From assembly GCF_000281045.1 (NCBI RefSeq), contig NW_008246110.1, positions 326,918 through 372,814 of the forward strand: a stretch of DNA of 45,897 nucleotides. Reading direction: 5' to 3'. The notes under the pieces were generated by a model. The model was not told the origin of the DNA. It ran no database searches and was given only the letters and a program-made list of their open reading frames with translations. The stretch is from Saprolegnia diclina VS20. Lineage: Eukaryota. Both the position numbers and the translations under genes were made by a program. Shown here piece after piece: positions 45,157 to 45,897 of this stretch (the first letter of the stretch is position 1; every line of letters begins with the position of its first letter).

Positions 45157-45801
45157 AGCAGGTAGCAAAAACGACCGACTGTCGTAACTTGATATTTGTA
45201 TGAATCGAAGTTCGCATAGACAGCACTAAGAATGCATGTATAAGCTGGCTACCACTATTCGATACAAAAATAAAGGTTTTTATGGTTGTCTTCATGGCCC
45301 CCAATGAAGGCGTAAATCATATAGCTGGAGGCTGGCGTTGTACTACACATGATATTCATGCTTTTCTAAGCTGGCTAAGCCCCATTGCATCGTGCAGTTC
45401 GACGTATTTATGAATTTATTGCCTGTCCAAATTGGGTCCATTCGCAGCGATGTCGGTTGGGTGCGCTTAGAATTGTATATGCCACATCTCCCAAATTCAC
45501 TTCCAAATGCGTCAAATGCAAACCCTTCAAGACTAATGAAGAAACTAGTTCGTTGTTGTGTGGCGCATGATATTTAATGTCTTAAGATCATAATGGTATC
45601 AACATTTTGTCGGATACGCTCGTGTTTGGCGATGTTATGGCTTTTCCAAATTTTAAGTGGCGTTTCCATAGACGTGATCAGGTTATTTGATATTCCTAGT
45701 GCTAAATCCACGCAGATTTGTTTTTAAATACACAACCTTCGAACTACGATCTCGTATAGTTCATTGTAAGTGATTCGTTTTTGCTACCTGCTGGGACGGA
45801 G
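45157..45801. mobile_element. MITE B, same TIR tip, left tip truncated
   Basis: AGCAGGTAGCAAAAACGA (45157-45174) is the exact reverse complement of 45775-45792, which continues GGGACGGAG then TA (45802-45803). Confidence 0.85.
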
Positions 45802-45897
45802 TAGTATGTGCTGATGAATTCTGCCGCGTCGATCTCTTGAGCGGTCACCTCTGTGAATGACAACACAGTGGAGCACCGGAAGGCGTAGAGTGGTGGG

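Noticed and set aside
1..45897. CRISPR arrays, tRNA/rRNA genes, transposase or prokaryotic defence operons
   Set aside because: No repeat-spacer array, RNA gene signature or transposase ORF was seen, and the DNA is intron-containing and eukaryotic.

Overview
Gene-dense, GC-rich eukaryotic genomic DNA with very short GT-AG introns (41-54 nt), most consistent with an oomycete (Saprolegniales-like; inferred from gene content and intron style). About 22 protein-coding genes are supportable. Recognisable ones are a TMEM41/VTT protein, SYF2, mitochondrial ribosomal bS6, Sua5, a UAS-UBX (FAF2-like) protein, an SRSF3-like RRM protein, a Stealth phosphotransferase, a BT1-type transporter, a TPR-GT41 glycosyltransferase, a PDZ-ankyrin-FYVE protein, the ATP synthase F1 delta subunit, a full-size ABCG/PDR transporter and a DEAD-box helicase. 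There is a 170-N assembly gap. The most unusual items are: (i) a multi-exon FHA + CHAT-like (catalytic Cys apparently lost) + STAND-type P-loop gene whose divergent promoter carries seven same-orientation CCAAT boxes; (ii) a composite of two fused Tc1/mariner-type MITEs at 44740-45801; (iii) a GT41 enzyme with a signal peptide; (iv) a membrane-anchored La-motif protein; (v) a pseudo-TBC protein. All family calls come from motif recognition by eye; no database searches were run.
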